NCBI GenBank assembly: GCA_964406735.1
Contig: CAYOSU010000002.1
Coordinates: forward strand, 1,488 to 65,487
DNA length: 64,000 nt
From: an uncultured Clostridia bacterium
GTDB taxonomy: Bacteria > Bacillota > Clostridia > Christensenellales > CAMQZB01
Reading direction: 5' to 3'
A program made the translations under genes and the position numbers. Of this stretch, positions 20,113-30,536 are shown piece by piece. The notes beneath the pieces are model-generated. The model was not told the DNA's origin. It saw nothing but the letters and a program-made list of their open reading frames with translations, and made no database searches. How positions within the stretch are numbered: position 1 is the stretch's first letter; each line of letters starts with the position of its first letter.

Positions 20113-20121
20113 ATACCCTCC

Positions 20122-20964
20122 TTAGCAATGAAACTTATCGCTTTCTTTGGGTCTTCTTCTTGCTTCTATCGCCTCTTTCATGGCGGCTTTTCTGTCGTAT
20201 ATAACCGCCACCTCTTTTTCAATATCAACGGGTGGGTAATGAAGTCCGCTTCTTAAAGCCTGAACCATCTGCTCCGTGCGGTTTCGTATCTTATATTCCT
20301 TGCCGTCCTTTATGAAGACGTTACCCGTCTGTCCGAAAATGAGCTGAACGTTGTTTTCTACGCAAGCGTCGTGTACGCGTTTTACCCATTCGTAATGAAG
20401 AGGACGTGAACCTAAATAATTCTCGCCGCCGGCAAGAACGGTCTCTATCTTTCCTGTTGCAAGATAAGGCGCAATATCGACCTCGCCGATAAAGGGCTTT
20501 AAGCTTACCCAACGATGCTTTGCAGGAAGCGCCAAAAGGTAGGGCATACGCTCCTCTAAACGCCTTTGATTTTCGCACGAGACGGAGAACGAGACGTTAT
20601 CCCATCCCTCTCCCCAATCGGGCGGCAAGCAGTCCTTTATACGTTCCGCACGCTTAGTCAAAAGCGAGAACGTTACGTCTGGACGACGACGAATAAACTC
20701 CCACGCCTCATCACGCCAAGTGTCTGCCTCTTCTACGAAAAAGTCGCTTGCCATGCATACGCGAACGAACGAGCCGCTCGGAAGCTTCCAGTTGCCGTTT
20801 TTATCCTTTTTCACGGGCAGGTTAAAGTCCGATTTGTTTCTAAGCACTTCATTCGTATCTCTGCCGTAACGCTTATCGAGAAAATAAGCGTAACAGTTCT
20901 GACATCCCTCTGAACATTTGTGGCATCCGTGCCACGGATTCCATATCTTATCGTTTATATCCAT
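20122..20964 (-). CDS. DUF5131 (Gp37/Gp68-like) radical-SAM-type protein
   Basis: WNPWHGCHKCSEGCQNCYA (CxxxCxxC), SDFF, LLTKR and GGEN motifs. Confidence 0.85.
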   Translation of the reverse strand: MDINDKIWNPWHGCHKCSEGCQNCYAYFLDKRYGRDTNEVLRNKSDFNLPVKKDKNGNWKLPSGSFVRVCMASDFFVEEADTWRDEAWEFIRRRPDVTFSLLTKRAERIKDCLPPDWGEGWDNVSFSVSCENQRRLEERMPYLLALPAKHRWVSLKPFIGEVDIAPYLATGKIETVLAGGENYLGSRPLHYEWVKRVHDACVENNVQLIFGQTGNVFIKDGKEYKIRNRTEQMVQALRSGLHYPPVDIEKEVAVIYDRKAAMKEAIEARRRPKESDKFHC

Positions 20965-20966
20965 GA

Positions 20967-21389
20967 TTACTCTCCTTTTCTTGCTAATATATCGTTTGCA
21001 AGACCCGTGAGACGAACGAGCTCGTCAAACTCTTTTCGCCCTATACCGCTTATCAAGCGTTCGAGATTTGCATTCATATCCGTTTTTGCTTTTTCTACCA
21101 AATCTTTCGCCTTATCGGTAGGCAATATATAATACGCACGCTTATCAAGAGAACAGGGCTTTTTCGTAATATAGCCTTTTTCTTTCAGCGACGCAATATG
21201 TGCCGTTATCATAGGCTTTGACACGTCAAGAAACTCTGCAAGCATAACAGGCGTGTGAGGTCCGTCGGTCTCTGTAATGATATTCAGAACTGCCATTTCG
21301 CTCGGACGAATAGGAAGTCCTTTTTTTAGCTCCATATAATTCTTGGCGAACATCGAAAGCGTCGCATTAGCGGCGAAATATTTATTCAT
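20967..21389 (-). CDS. MarR-family transcriptional regulator
   Basis: Winged HTH with DKRAY wing motif; first gene of a four-gene operon. Confidence 0.88.
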   Translation of the reverse strand: MNKYFAANATLSMFAKNYMELKKGLPIRPSEMAVLNIITETDGPHTPVMLAEFLDVSKPMITAHIASLKEKGYITKKPCSLDKRAYYILPTDKAKDLVEKAKTDMNANLERLISGIGRKEFDELVRLTGLANDILARKGE

Positions 21390-21404
21390 ACTACCCTCAA
21401 ATAA

Positions 21405-21453
21405 AGTTCATATAGATTAACTATATTATAGTTAACCACGATTAACTTGTCAA
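21405..21453 (-). promoter_or_regulatory. Sigma-A promoter with two putative MarR operators
   Basis: TTGACA (21453-21448)-17-TATAAT (21430-21425); palindromes AGTTAA-N6-TTAACT at 21430-21447 and AGTTCA-N6-TTAACT at 21405-21422. Confidence 0.75.
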
Positions 21454-21531
21454 GTATTTTGTTGAACAATTAAATTTTTGTAAAAATAAAAAAAGAGTCC
21501 GTTTTTTCGAACTCTTTTTACGCAATATAAA

Positions 21532-22752
21532 TTACAGTGTAAACTTGTGATATATCTTTTTGCCTTTTTTGATCTTGACGGCGTTTTTGAGGTCGTCTTC
21601 GGTAACGGAAGCGGAGATTCCATCTACCTTTTCGCCGTTCAACGATATACCGCCCTGTTCGATAAGGCGTTTTGCTTCGCCCTTCGATTTTGCGATCTCA
21701 CCTAATACGAGAAGGTCTACTACGGATACGTTGCCGTCGTGAATAAGATCTGACGGAACTACGGTCGTAGGCATATTTGCGTCGTCTCCAAGACCTGCAA
21801 ACAGCGCTTTTGACGTTTCACGAGCCTTATCAGCCTCTTCCTCGCCGTGAACGAGCTTTGTCAAATGATATGCAAGTATATCTTTCTTCTCGTTGATACG
21901 GGAATCGTCCCAAGTCGCCATATCCTCTATCTCCTCCAAGGAAATGAAGGTAAGCATCCTTATGCACTTCATGACGTCCTGGTCGCCAACGTTTCTCCAA
22001 TATTGATAGAACTCAAACGGTGTCGTCTTATTAGGATCGAGCCAAACTGCGTTACCTGCCGTTTTACCCATCTTTTTGCCCTGAGAGTCAGTTAAAAGCG
22101 TTATCGTCATTGCGTGAGCGTCTTTGCCGAGCTTTCTTCTTATAAGCTCCGTGCCGCCGAGCATATTCGACCACTGGTCGTCGCCGCCAAACTCCATATT
22201 GCAGCCGTAATTTTGGAAAAGATAATAGAAGTCGTAGGACTGCATTATCATATAGTTGAATTCAAGGAAAGAAAGTCCCTTCTCCATTCTCTGCTTGTAG
22301 CACTCCGCTCTAAGCATATTGTTGACGGAGAAGCATGCACCGACCTCTCTTAAAAGATCAATATAGTTGAGGTTCAACAACCAATCGGCGTTATTAATCA
22401 TCATTGCTTTGCCTTCGCCAAACTCAATGAATCTTTCCATCTGGCGTTTGAAGCATTCTGCGTTATGATCGATATCCTCTTTCGTGAGCATCTTTCGCAT
22501 ATCCGTTCTTCCGGAAGGGTCGCCGATCATCGTCGTGCCGCCGCCTATTAGCGCAATAGGCTTATTGCCAGCCATCTGCAAGCGCTTCATCAGCGTCAAA
22601 GCCATAAAATGACCTGCCGTCAAGCTATCTGCGGTGCAATCAAAGCCGATGTAAAAGGTAGCTTTGCCGCTGTTTATCATTTCGCGTATCTCTTCTTCGT
22701 TAGTTACTTGAGCGATAAGTCCGCGCGCTTTTAATTCTTCATAAATCTGCAT
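21532..22752 (-). CDS. tyrS: Tyrosine--tRNA ligase
   Basis: YIGFDCTADSLTAGH (HIGH-like), GGDDQWSN, KMGKT and a C-terminal S4 domain. Confidence 0.97.
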   Translation of the reverse strand: MQIYEELKARGLIAQVTNEEEIREMINSGKATFYIGFDCTADSLTAGHFMALTLMKRLQMAGNKPIALIGGGTTMIGDPSGRTDMRKMLTKEDIDHNAECFKRQMERFIEFGEGKAMMINNADWLLNLNYIDLLREVGACFSVNNMLRAECYKQRMEKGLSFLEFNYMIMQSYDFYYLFQNYGCNMEFGGDDQWSNMLGGTELIRRKLGKDAHAMTITLLTDSQGKKMGKTAGNAVWLDPNKTTPFEFYQYWRNVGDQDVMKCIRMLTFISLEEIEDMATWDDSRINEKKDILAYHLTKLVHGEEEADKARETSKALFAGLGDDANMPTTVVPSDLIHDGNVSVVDLLVLGEIAKSKGEAKRLIEQGGISLNGEKVDGISASVTEDDLKNAVKIKKGKKIYHKFTL

Positions 22753-22782
22753 TTTAATACTCCATATATTGGCTTTTTATGT

Positions 22783-22811
22783 ATTCTATCACCCAAAATC
22801 TCCTTTGTCAA
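22783..22811 (-). promoter_or_regulatory. Sigma-A promoter of tyrS
   Basis: TTGACA-17 bp-TAGAAT about 30 bp upstream of the start codon. Confidence 0.7.
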
Positions 22812-22838
22812 GGCAAAGACCCGTTTTTGGGGAAATAC

Positions 22839-23408
22839 TTAAAACGCGATGATCCCTAAATGCTCGAGAAGTATCTTTAAGCCGATAAGAATGAGTATTA
22901 CGCCGCCCGCTATCTCCGCTTTGGATTTATACTTGCAACCAAAGATGTTTCCTATCTTTAAGCCGATACAGGAAATAACGAAAGTAAGGAATCCTATCAA
23001 GCCTACGGAAAGTCCGATATTCATCTCGGGGAATAACGAGAAAGTCAGACCAACTGCCAATGCGTCTATGCTCGTTGCAACAGCTAAGAGCAACATATTC
23101 TTGAACGAAAAGGACGAATCGACCTCCTCTTCTTCTTTTGAAAACGCTTCTCTTATCATATTACCGCCAATGAGTGCAAGCAAAATGAACGCTACCCAAT
23201 GGTCGTACGCAGTTATGTATTGCTCGAACGTTGAGCCTAAGAAATAACCGATCGTCGGCATGATAGCCTGAAATGCACCGAACCAAGCACCAACGATGAG
23301 ATAATGCTTTAATTTTAGCTTATCGACCGACAATCCCTTGCAGATCGCTACGGCAAAGGCATCCATTGAAAGACCTATGCCTATCAAGATAACTTCTAAT
23401 AAACCCAT
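22839..23408 (-). CDS. mntP: Manganese efflux pump MntP
   Basis: LSMDAFAVA and [10 protein letters not shown] repeats; preceded by a Mn riboswitch. Confidence 0.93.
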   Translation of the reverse strand: MGLLEVILIGIGLSMDAFAVAICKGLSVDKLKLKHYLIVGAWFGAFQAIMPTIGYFLGSTFEQYITAYDHWVAFILLALIGGNMIREAFSKEEEEVDSSFSFKNMLLLAVATSIDALAVGLTFSLFPEMNIGLSVGLIGFLTFVISCIGLKIGNIFGCKYKSKAEIAGGVILILIGLKILLEHLGIIAF

Positions 23409-23438
23409 AAAATACTACTCCAAAACTTGCGAGAGAAT

Positions 23439-23555
23439 AAAAAAATCAAGTATGGCTAAAAGCTATACTTGAGTCTCGAATTTTAAGATAAGCCAGACCT
23501 ATAAACGGTCATTATGTTGACTTATCACTCATAAGAGCGTTCTACTCCCTCAATT
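23439..23555 (-). promoter_or_regulatory. yybP-ykoY (Mn2+) riboswitch with terminator
   Basis: Minus strand reads GAGGGAGUAG...GUCAACAUA...GGC...CGAGACUC, then hairpin UCAAGUAUAGC/GCCAUACUUGA plus U7; promoter TTGACA (23591-23586)-17-TATACT (23568-23563); lies upstream of mntP. Confidence 0.88.
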
Positions 23556-23682
23556 TGAATTAAGTATACCACACAATGGAACATCTGTCAACAAAATGCG
23601 AGTTTTGAGCCGCATTCAATGCGTTTTTGACATAATAAAGCCCGTATATTATGGGTTAATAATACGGGTTGATCTTTATTTC

Positions 23683-24882
23683 TTATGCGTTTATATCATC
23701 GGCTATTGCGTTTGCAAGGGCTTCGATCTTTGCTATATCGCCCTCTTTAACCGCAGAAAGAACGGTTACGGTCTCGCCGAGCTGTTCTAAGTTCTTGCAG
23801 GGCTGCAATATCTCTTGCATCTTCTTTGCTGCCACAGGTGCCCAAGAGCCGCTTTCAATATACGAGACCTTGCGGTTTTGGATATTATGAGCGCTCAAAT
23901 CGTGAAGTAAGTCCTCTATCTTGACGAAAACGCCTGCGTTGTAGGTTGCCGAGGCAAAGACCATATGGCTGAACCTGAATGCGGCGGATATTATCTCGGA
24001 CGCAGGTGTTACGGAGACGTCGTAAAGTTCCGTCCTGACGCCTTTTTCGGAAAGGCTCGCACAAAGTCTCTCTGCCGCCGTTTCGGTATTGCCGTAGATA
24101 GATGCATAAGCGACTAAAACGCCCTTTTCTTCGGGTTTGTAAGATGCCCAAAGCAAATACTTTGAAAGATATTTGTCGAAGTCTTTACGCCATACAAAGC
24201 CGTGTAAGGGGCAAACGGTGCTGACTTCAAGCGTTGCGATCTTTTCCAATGCTTTGACAACCATTTGACCGTATTTGCCGACGATGTTCGTATAATATCT
24301 TCTTGCTTCGTCAAGGTAGTCTCTCATGAAATCTACTTCGTCTGCGAAAAGCTTGCCGTTAATCGCTCCGAAAACGCCGAAAGCGTCTGCGGTAAACAGC
24401 GTTTTATCGGTAATGTCGTAGCTCATCATTACTTCCGGCCAATGCACCATGGGCGCGTTAATAAAGGTAAGCTCGTGCTTTCCGAACGACATCTTGTCGC
24501 CCTCGTTGACTACGACGAATCTTTCGTCTTCAATATCAAAGAACTGTTTGATCATCGTCTTTATCTTGGCGTTTCCGATTATCTTCGCCTCGGGATACAT
24601 TTGAAGTACGAGCGAAAGTGTCGCCGAGTGGTCGGGTTCCATATGATGCACGACTACGAAATCGAGATTTCTTCCGTTAAGCTCGTGAGCGAGGTTTTCT
24701 AAAAGACGCTGAGAGCACGCTTTATCTACGGTATCAAACAGTACCGTCTTATCGTCAAGAAGCAGGTAAGCGTTATATGAAATGCCCTTTTGAACGGCGT
24801 ATACGCCCTCGAAAAGGGCAAGGCGTCTGTCGTTTGCGCCTACCCATATTAAGTCTGAATTTATTTTGCGAGTTAAATACAT
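23683..24882 (-). CDS. fprA: FprA-family flavodiiron protein
   Basis: HHMEPDHS, HWPE and TADAFG metallo-beta-lactamase motifs plus a flavodoxin domain (SIYGNT). Confidence 0.92.
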   Translation of the reverse strand: MYLTRKINSDLIWVGANDRRLALFEGVYAVQKGISYNAYLLLDDKTVLFDTVDKACSQRLLENLAHELNGRNLDFVVVHHMEPDHSATLSLVLQMYPEAKIIGNAKIKTMIKQFFDIEDERFVVVNEGDKMSFGKHELTFINAPMVHWPEVMMSYDITDKTLFTADAFGVFGAINGKLFADEVDFMRDYLDEARRYYTNIVGKYGQMVVKALEKIATLEVSTVCPLHGFVWRKDFDKYLSKYLLWASYKPEEKGVLVAYASIYGNTETAAERLCASLSEKGVRTELYDVSVTPASEIISAAFRFSHMVFASATYNAGVFVKIEDLLHDLSAHNIQNRKVSYIESGSWAPVAAKKMQEILQPCKNLEQLGETVTVLSAVKEGDIAKIEALANAIADDINA

Positions 24883-25019
24883 ATTATTATCTCCATGTTT
24901 TAATAATTAAAGGCAAAAAGCTATGCCTTTTGCCCTATTATTTTAATCTATATTGAGATTTTTTGCAAGAAAGATTGTAGGTATTTGAGAAAATAGAAAA
25001 AATTTCAGCGTTAATTACG

Positions 25020-26003
25020 TTATTTCTCGATGAACGCTACCGCCCTTTCTACCCAGCCGTTTAACTCGTTATTGGTAGCCAAGCCAAAGCCGTGTCCGCC
25101 CTTTTCTTGCCATTCGACTTTATGCGGAACGCCGTATTTTTCAAGCTGTTCGACAAGAGCCATAGTCTGCTTGGGAGAAACCATCGGATCGTCCTTGCTA
25201 TGTACTATGAAGCATGGAGAGTAATTCTCGTCGACGTTTTCGTCTACGCAAAGAGCATTTAGCTTCTCCTTTCCTGCAAATAAGCCAACTAAGGCAGTTT
25301 TTACCGCAAGCTTTGCGTAAAAAGGCATTCCCTCGGTAAGTTTTTTACTCGAAACGACGGGATAGCCTAAGCATGACAGTAAGGGCTTTTTGAAGCCGTA
25401 TTTGCCGTAGCCTTGAGAGTTCGTTCCCCAAATGGCTGCTAAGTGACCGCCTGCAGAAAAGCCGAAAGTCATATATTTTTCGGAATCTACATTGAATTTA
25501 TCGGCGTTTTTTGCTATAAACGCAAGCGCAGCCGCGATGTCGTCTGTAGGACGTGGGAAAAGTTTCATTTTCTTCGTCCTGTAATTCAAGACGAACGCCG
25601 TTATCCCAAGCTCGTTGAGCTTTGCCGCTATCGGGAATCCCTCGGCAAGAGAACAAACGGACGTATAGCCACCGCCTGCGATTATCAGGGCAAACATCTT
25701 GTTGTCGGAATTTGCCGGGAAGTGGAACAAAACGACCTCTTCTTTCTCTTTGCAACGCTTGATCTCTACATCGTCGTATACGTTATACAAAAACTCGCCG
25801 CCAGTTAGCTCCAAAAGTCTGTTAAGACCGTACGCAATGTCCTCTGCACCCCAAGGAGGAGTGTCTTTGTTCATATCGATGAGTGTTCGCTGTCCACGAG
25901 TCGTGAAATTCTCATCTTCGTTGGTAACTAAATAGTGCTTGCATGATGAAAGCTCGGGCATGTTGTATATGTCGCAAAGCTTCGTGTCTACTGTAATTTT
26001 CAT
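25020..26003 (-). CDS. Alpha/beta hydrolase (esterase)
   Basis: AGGGY oxyanion loop, GFSAGG nucleophile, DD..V and HGFG triad motifs. Confidence 0.88.
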   Translation of the reverse strand: MKITVDTKLCDIYNMPELSSCKHYLVTNEDENFTTRGQRTLIDMNKDTPPWGAEDIAYGLNRLLELTGGEFLYNVYDDVEIKRCKEKEEVVLFHFPANSDNKMFALIIAGGGYTSVCSLAEGFPIAAKLNELGITAFVLNYRTKKMKLFPRPTDDIAAALAFIAKNADKFNVDSEKYMTFGFSAGGHLAAIWGTNSQGYGKYGFKKPLLSCLGYPVVSSKKLTEGMPFYAKLAVKTALVGLFAGKEKLNALCVDENVDENYSPCFIVHSKDDPMVSPKQTMALVEQLEKYGVPHKVEWQEKGGHGFGLATNNELNGWVERAVAFIEK

Positions 26004-26028
26004 AATTTATCCCCTTTGATTATTATTT

Positions 26029-27192
26029 CTACATTTGTTTTTCTACTTTGACTATTGCGTAATAATTGCCGTCTAATTCACGCACTCTATGCTTAATTTC
26101 ACTTTCGATATCGGCATCGCTCATTTTTGCGTCAAACGGCACTGCGACATCAAATATCATATTGGTACAAAGCTTTCCTCTGACTATTCTGAAATCGTGT
26201 ATCGAGTAGCTTTGGTCAAGCTCCTTGACTATTTTTTCGACTATTTCGTGAAGTCTTGTGGTCTCCTCATCGTGAAGCTCTATCGGATCTAAGTGAATGA
26301 CGAGCGATATATTCGTGTGCTCCTCGAAGTCCCTTTCTATCGAGTCGATCAGCTCGTGACTGTCAAGAACAGGTATCTCGGAGTCTACCTCTACGTGAAC
26401 GGAAGCGTAATATCTATCGTTGCCGTAGCTATGCACCGCCATATCGTGTATGCCGTATACGCCGTCAAAGGACATTATCCTGTCCTTTATCGACTCTTTC
26501 AACTCATCGGACGGTGCTTCGCCGAGAAGCTTATCGAGTGTTGAGCGAAGTATCTCTATGCCGCTTTTTGCAATGAGTATTGCGACAATGACGGATATAT
26601 ACGGGTCGAGATTTATCGGAACGAAAAGCGAAATTATCGCAGAAGCCAAAACGCCTAAGGTTGCGAATACGTCGTTGATACTATCGCTTGCAGTTGCATT
26701 CAAAACGTCGGAATTTATCGGTTTTGCCAACCTCTTATTGAAAAAGTACATAAAAAGCTTTGCAAGAACTGAAATTGAAAGCACTATGACAAGAGCGATC
26801 GAGAACTCAAATTCAGTCGGCGTTATTATTCCGCCGATAGCTTCTTTGACAAGCTCAAACGAAACGAGAAGTATTAAAAAGGAAACTATCATCGATGCGA
26901 CGTACTCCATTCTCGCATGTCCGAACGGGTGCTCCTTATCAGCAGGCTTGCCTGATATTATGAAGCTTACGAGCGTTACGACGTTGCTCCCTAAGTCGGT
27001 CAGGTTATTTAGTCCATCCGCCATGACGGAAAGCACGCCGAACAGTGAGCCTATCACTATCTTCGACACCGAAAGGAAAAGGTTGACTATCATACCGACG
27101 ATGCTCGCAAGCATGCCATAGCGTTCTCTGACCTTAGGGTCGCTTACGTTTTTATAGTCCTTGACGAAAAGTTTTAAGAGTAGATTCGACAT
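26029..27192 (-). CDS. Cation diffusion facilitator (FieF-like) transporter
   Basis: ADGLNNLTD, HPFGHARMEY, DSIND and IHLDP motifs. Confidence 0.92.
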   Translation of the reverse strand: MSNLLLKLFVKDYKNVSDPKVRERYGMLASIVGMIVNLFLSVSKIVIGSLFGVLSVMADGLNNLTDLGSNVVTLVSFIISGKPADKEHPFGHARMEYVASMIVSFLILLVSFELVKEAIGGIITPTEFEFSIALVIVLSISVLAKLFMYFFNKRLAKPINSDVLNATASDSINDVFATLGVLASAIISLFVPINLDPYISVIVAILIAKSGIEILRSTLDKLLGEAPSDELKESIKDRIMSFDGVYGIHDMAVHSYGNDRYYASVHVEVDSEIPVLDSHELIDSIERDFEEHTNISLVIHLDPIELHDEETTRLHEIVEKIVKELDQSYSIHDFRIVRGKLCTNMIFDVAVPFDAKMSDADIESEIKHRVRELDGNYYAIVKVEKQM

Positions 27193-27241
27193 ATTGAATA
27201 ATTATTCGTATAACAAATGAATTTTGAGAATAAATAACCTT

Positions 27242-28447
27242 TTACAGGCTGTTTTTGATGAATTTCAGGTAAAAATCCCAGTCTATCGGCATTACGTCGT
27301 GCGAACCGTTTCTCAGGTGATAGCCTACACTTTCGGAATGCTCGCAAGTATCGACGGGAGGCTGTGTTTGAGATTGTTTTATCGTATCAAGTCCGTAAAG
27401 ACTGTATGCCTTTAACGCAAATTGCAAGCTGTTGAAGCTACCTTGAGGATCTGCACAAAGGTCGTTCTTTCCGTTTGCAACGTATAGCTTTCTCGGTGCG
27501 ATAGACGCTAATAGCATATGTTGATCGACTTTGAGCGAGTCTATATTCCCGACGTATTGAGTTATGTTTTTGGAGAACCAATGCGGGAAAGTCTTTGTTA
27601 TGAGTTCTAACGTCTCCCCTGTTGAGCCACAGCAAAGGTTTGCGCCCATACAGCCCGAATCGTTAAGAATCGCAAGAGAGACCCTCTCGTCGTTTACCGC
27701 ACTCCAAAGAGCAGTCTTCCCTATTCTTGAATGCCCGAACAAGGCAATTTTTTCTTTTGAAAACTCGGGGCGGCTGAGGGCGTAGGTAGTCATTATCTTA
27801 TTTCCGAGCGACCAAAGCGATATTGCGGAAAGCTCCTTTGCGTCAGGAAATAACTTTCCCAATCTATCTCTATATTTTTCTTTGTCGTCCTCGGCAAAGT
27901 CCTTGTAGTGACACGTTATCAACGCAACGCCTTCTTTTAATATCTTCTCTATATCAAACTGCTTGTTCTTTCCGCGCTTTTTCTTTATTACCTTTGGCGA
28001 AAGCTCTTCGCTTGCGAAAACCGCTTCGTCTGGCGTTATCTCGTAGTTTCCGCCGAAGTTTTGCGCTATAACGCAAGGTACGTGAGTATCGCAGTTTGGC
28101 CTATATATTAGAAGATGCGCAGTGCACTTCCCGAAATCGTTTTTGACTGCAATATCGACCTGTTCTCGTATTCCGTTGAGATAGTTGCCTTTCTCCCTTA
28201 AAACGTACGAAACATCGAAATTTTCAGCTGGAACTGCCGTATAAACGTTATCTTCATAGCATTTCTTTATCTCACGCTTTCTTTCCTCGAAATCTTCGAC
28301 CGTTTCAACCTTTCTTCCGTCGAAAAACTCAAATAATTCAGGAAGGGTCGAATAATCACGTTCGCATTCCTGACACTTTTTCCTAAATTTTTCACTTGGC
28401 GGGATCTTTGAGTATGAAGCTATGACCTTTTTCACGTAATCGTTCAT
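27242..28447 (-). CDS. CE15-like (glucuronoyl esterase family) carbohydrate esterase
   Basis: GHSRIGKTALW, DSGCMGA, FPHWF, DQHMLLASIAPR and GSH motifs; no signal peptide. Confidence 0.78.
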   Translation of the reverse strand: MNDYVKKVIASYSKIPPSEKFRKKCQECERDYSTLPELFEFFDGRKVETVEDFEERKREIKKCYEDNVYTAVPAENFDVSYVLREKGNYLNGIREQVDIAVKNDFGKCTAHLLIYRPNCDTHVPCVIAQNFGGNYEITPDEAVFASEELSPKVIKKKRGKNKQFDIEKILKEGVALITCHYKDFAEDDKEKYRDRLGKLFPDAKELSAISLWSLGNKIMTTYALSRPEFSKEKIALFGHSRIGKTALWSAVNDERVSLAILNDSGCMGANLCCGSTGETLELITKTFPHWFSKNITQYVGNIDSLKVDQHMLLASIAPRKLYVANGKNDLCADPQGSFNSLQFALKAYSLYGLDTIKQSQTQPPVDTCEHSESVGYHLRNGSHDVMPIDWDFYLKFIKNSL

Positions 28448-28571
28448 AATATGCCCTCAAATTTCTTTATATAAAAAGTATAGCACGATTTTACACCCGT
28501 TGCAACGCTTTATTTTTATTTATGTCGGCAAAATTAAAAAGGTTGAAGAATTTATCTTCAACCCATAGATT

Positions 28572-29909
28572 TTAGTAGTTGTATTTCTTTCTGTTCGCAA
28601 ACAGGAATATCTCCGTAAGTATTGCGGAGGCAACCTCTGCAACGACTATCGATACCCAAATTCCGTCTACGGCCGGCGACCATATCAACGGAAGGATCAA
28701 TATCGCAGCCATTTGGAATACAAGCGTTCTTAAAAACGATATCAACGCCGAAACAAGTCCGTTATTGAGCGCAGTGAAGAAGCCAGAACCGAATATCGAT
28801 ATTCCGCAGAACAAAAACTCGAGCGAAAATATCCTGAATCCGTGTATCGTCATCTCTAAGGTCTCGGGACTCTTGCTCATAAATATCTTTGCAAGCGGCT
28901 CTGCGAAAAGCTCTCCGCAAAGTAACATCGCTATTGACGAGACGAGTATTATCGACATACTCTTTTTGAGTATTCCGTGAAGCTCTTTCGTGTTGCCTGC
29001 GCCGTAATGATAACCTACGACAGGCGCAATGCCTACGGTATAGCCAAGGTATACGGCAATGAATATCATGTTGACGTACATCATAACACCGTAAGCGGAA
29101 ACGCCCGTTTGTCCTGCGTATTCCATAAGCTGGACGTTATAAAGTAGTCCTACGAGCGACATTGCCACGTTACTCATTAGCTCCGACGAGCCGTTCGTGC
29201 AAGTCTTTAACAGTGCTTTGCCGTCGAATACCGGCTTCCCAAGTCTTAGCAGGCTAGAATTGTTCGGGTTTGAGAAATATATTATCGGAATCACTCCGCC
29301 TAACACCTGACTTATCGCAGTCGCTATCGCTGCACCTGCAACGCCCCAATTGAATACCGCAATGAACAGTGCGTCCAACACCATATTTGCAACGCCTGCA
29401 ATGACTGTCGTTATAAGTCCCATCTGAGGTTTTTCAGCGGTTACGAAGAAGCTCTGAAACTCTTGTTGCAACATATACGCAGGAAGCGCAGCAAGAATTA
29501 TTCTGCCGTATACCACACAGTGCTCGACCATATCTTCATCCGCACCGAGAAGGATCGTCAACGGCTCAATGAATATTATGCCGAGAATGCCTATTACTAC
29601 GCCGGTGCCGACGGATATATAAGTCAGCATCGAAAACAACTTATTCGCACGCTCGTGGTCGCCCTCGCCCATCGTCTTTGAAATAAGCGCACTGCCGCCC
29701 GTGCCGAACATAAAGCCGACTGCACCTAAGATCATGATGAAAGGCATTATGAAGTTTATTGCCGCAAAGGGCGTATCGCCGACGAAGTTTGAGACGAATA
29801 CTCCGTCTACGACGCCGTATATCGACGTGAATATCATCATAGCTATCGACGGCAACGTGAAGCGGAACAGTTTTTTATATGTGAAGTGATCTGAAAGCTG
29901 GATCCTCAT
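28572..29909 (-). CDS. MATE family efflux transporter
   Basis: IYGVVDGVFVSN, NMVLDALFI and GVAGAAIAT motifs; start at ATG 29909, coupled to the upstream stop (TAATG). Confidence 0.92.
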   Translation of the reverse strand: MRIQLSDHFTYKKLFRFTLPSIAMMIFTSIYGVVDGVFVSNFVGDTPFAAINFIMPFIMILGAVGFMFGTGGSALISKTMGEGDHERANKLFSMLTYISVGTGVVIGILGIIFIEPLTILLGADEDMVEHCVVYGRIILAALPAYMLQQEFQSFFVTAEKPQMGLITTVIAGVANMVLDALFIAVFNWGVAGAAIATAISQVLGGVIPIIYFSNPNNSSLLRLGKPVFDGKALLKTCTNGSSELMSNVAMSLVGLLYNVQLMEYAGQTGVSAYGVMMYVNMIFIAVYLGYTVGIAPVVGYHYGAGNTKELHGILKKSMSIILVSSIAMLLCGELFAEPLAKIFMSKSPETLEMTIHGFRIFSLEFLFCGISIFGSGFFTALNNGLVSALISFLRTLVFQMAAILILPLIWSPAVDGIWVSIVVAEVASAILTEIFLFANRKKYNY

Positions 29910-30523
29910 TAGTCTTCCTCCCAAAAGCGCAGTGCAAAGTCCTTGACTGCCTCTACGAGCTTTTTCATTTCCCAATCGGATGTATCGACTATCAGGTGAT
30001 AAGTACCCCTTTCACCCCAACCGCCGTCAGATACGAGCTCACGACTCATCGCACGGTTCTTGTCTATGCGACGGATATTCTGCTCTATCTGCTTATGCGT
30101 AAGACTCTCATTCTCGGGTGCACGCTCTATGCACCTTTTGACCTTTGAGTACATATTCGCACAGACGAATACCGTGAACGGCTTTTGTTCCGCTAAAAAG
30201 CAGTCGGCGTTCTGTCCGACTATGACGCAATCACGTCCGAGCTTTGCTATACCCTCGATAACATTCTTCTGTTCAAGCAAAATGTTTATCTTTGAAAGGT
30301 TGGGGATGTAGCTCGTGAAGCTATGTCTATAAGTAAGCGGAACATTACGCCAACCGTGGTTATCTAATGCGTTTTCGACGTAGCTTTCGTCGCACCCTTG
30401 CTTTTGAGATATCGCCGAGATTATCTCTCGATCGTAATAGTCAAAGCCGAGTGCATCCGCAAGACGCTTCCCGAGTTCTCTTCCACCGCTTCCGAATTCA
30501 CGGCTGATAGTTATTATTCTCAT
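29909..30523 (-). CDS. Cytidylate kinase-like family protein
   Basis: ITISREFGSGGRE P-loop, CVIVGQNAD and YHLIVDT motifs. Confidence 0.88.
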   Translation of the reverse strand: MRIITISREFGSGGRELGKRLADALGFDYYDREIISAISQKQGCDESYVENALDNHGWRNVPLTYRHSFTSYIPNLSKINILLEQKNVIEGIAKLGRDCVIVGQNADCFLAEQKPFTVFVCANMYSKVKRCIERAPENESLTHKQIEQNIRRIDKNRAMSRELVSDGGWGERGTYHLIVDTSDWEMKKLVEAVKDFALRFWEED

Positions 30524-30536
30524 ATAAATACCTCCT

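Noticed and set aside
20122-20964. Prophage, suggested by a Gp37/Gp68-like gene
   Set aside because: No integrase, structural or replication genes nearby; the gene lies within a MarR operon.
22753-22838. T-box leader for tyrS (likewise trpS)
   Set aside because: The tyrS promoter is about 30 bp from the start codon, leaving no room, and no T-box motif is visible; trpS starts 6 bp after thrC.
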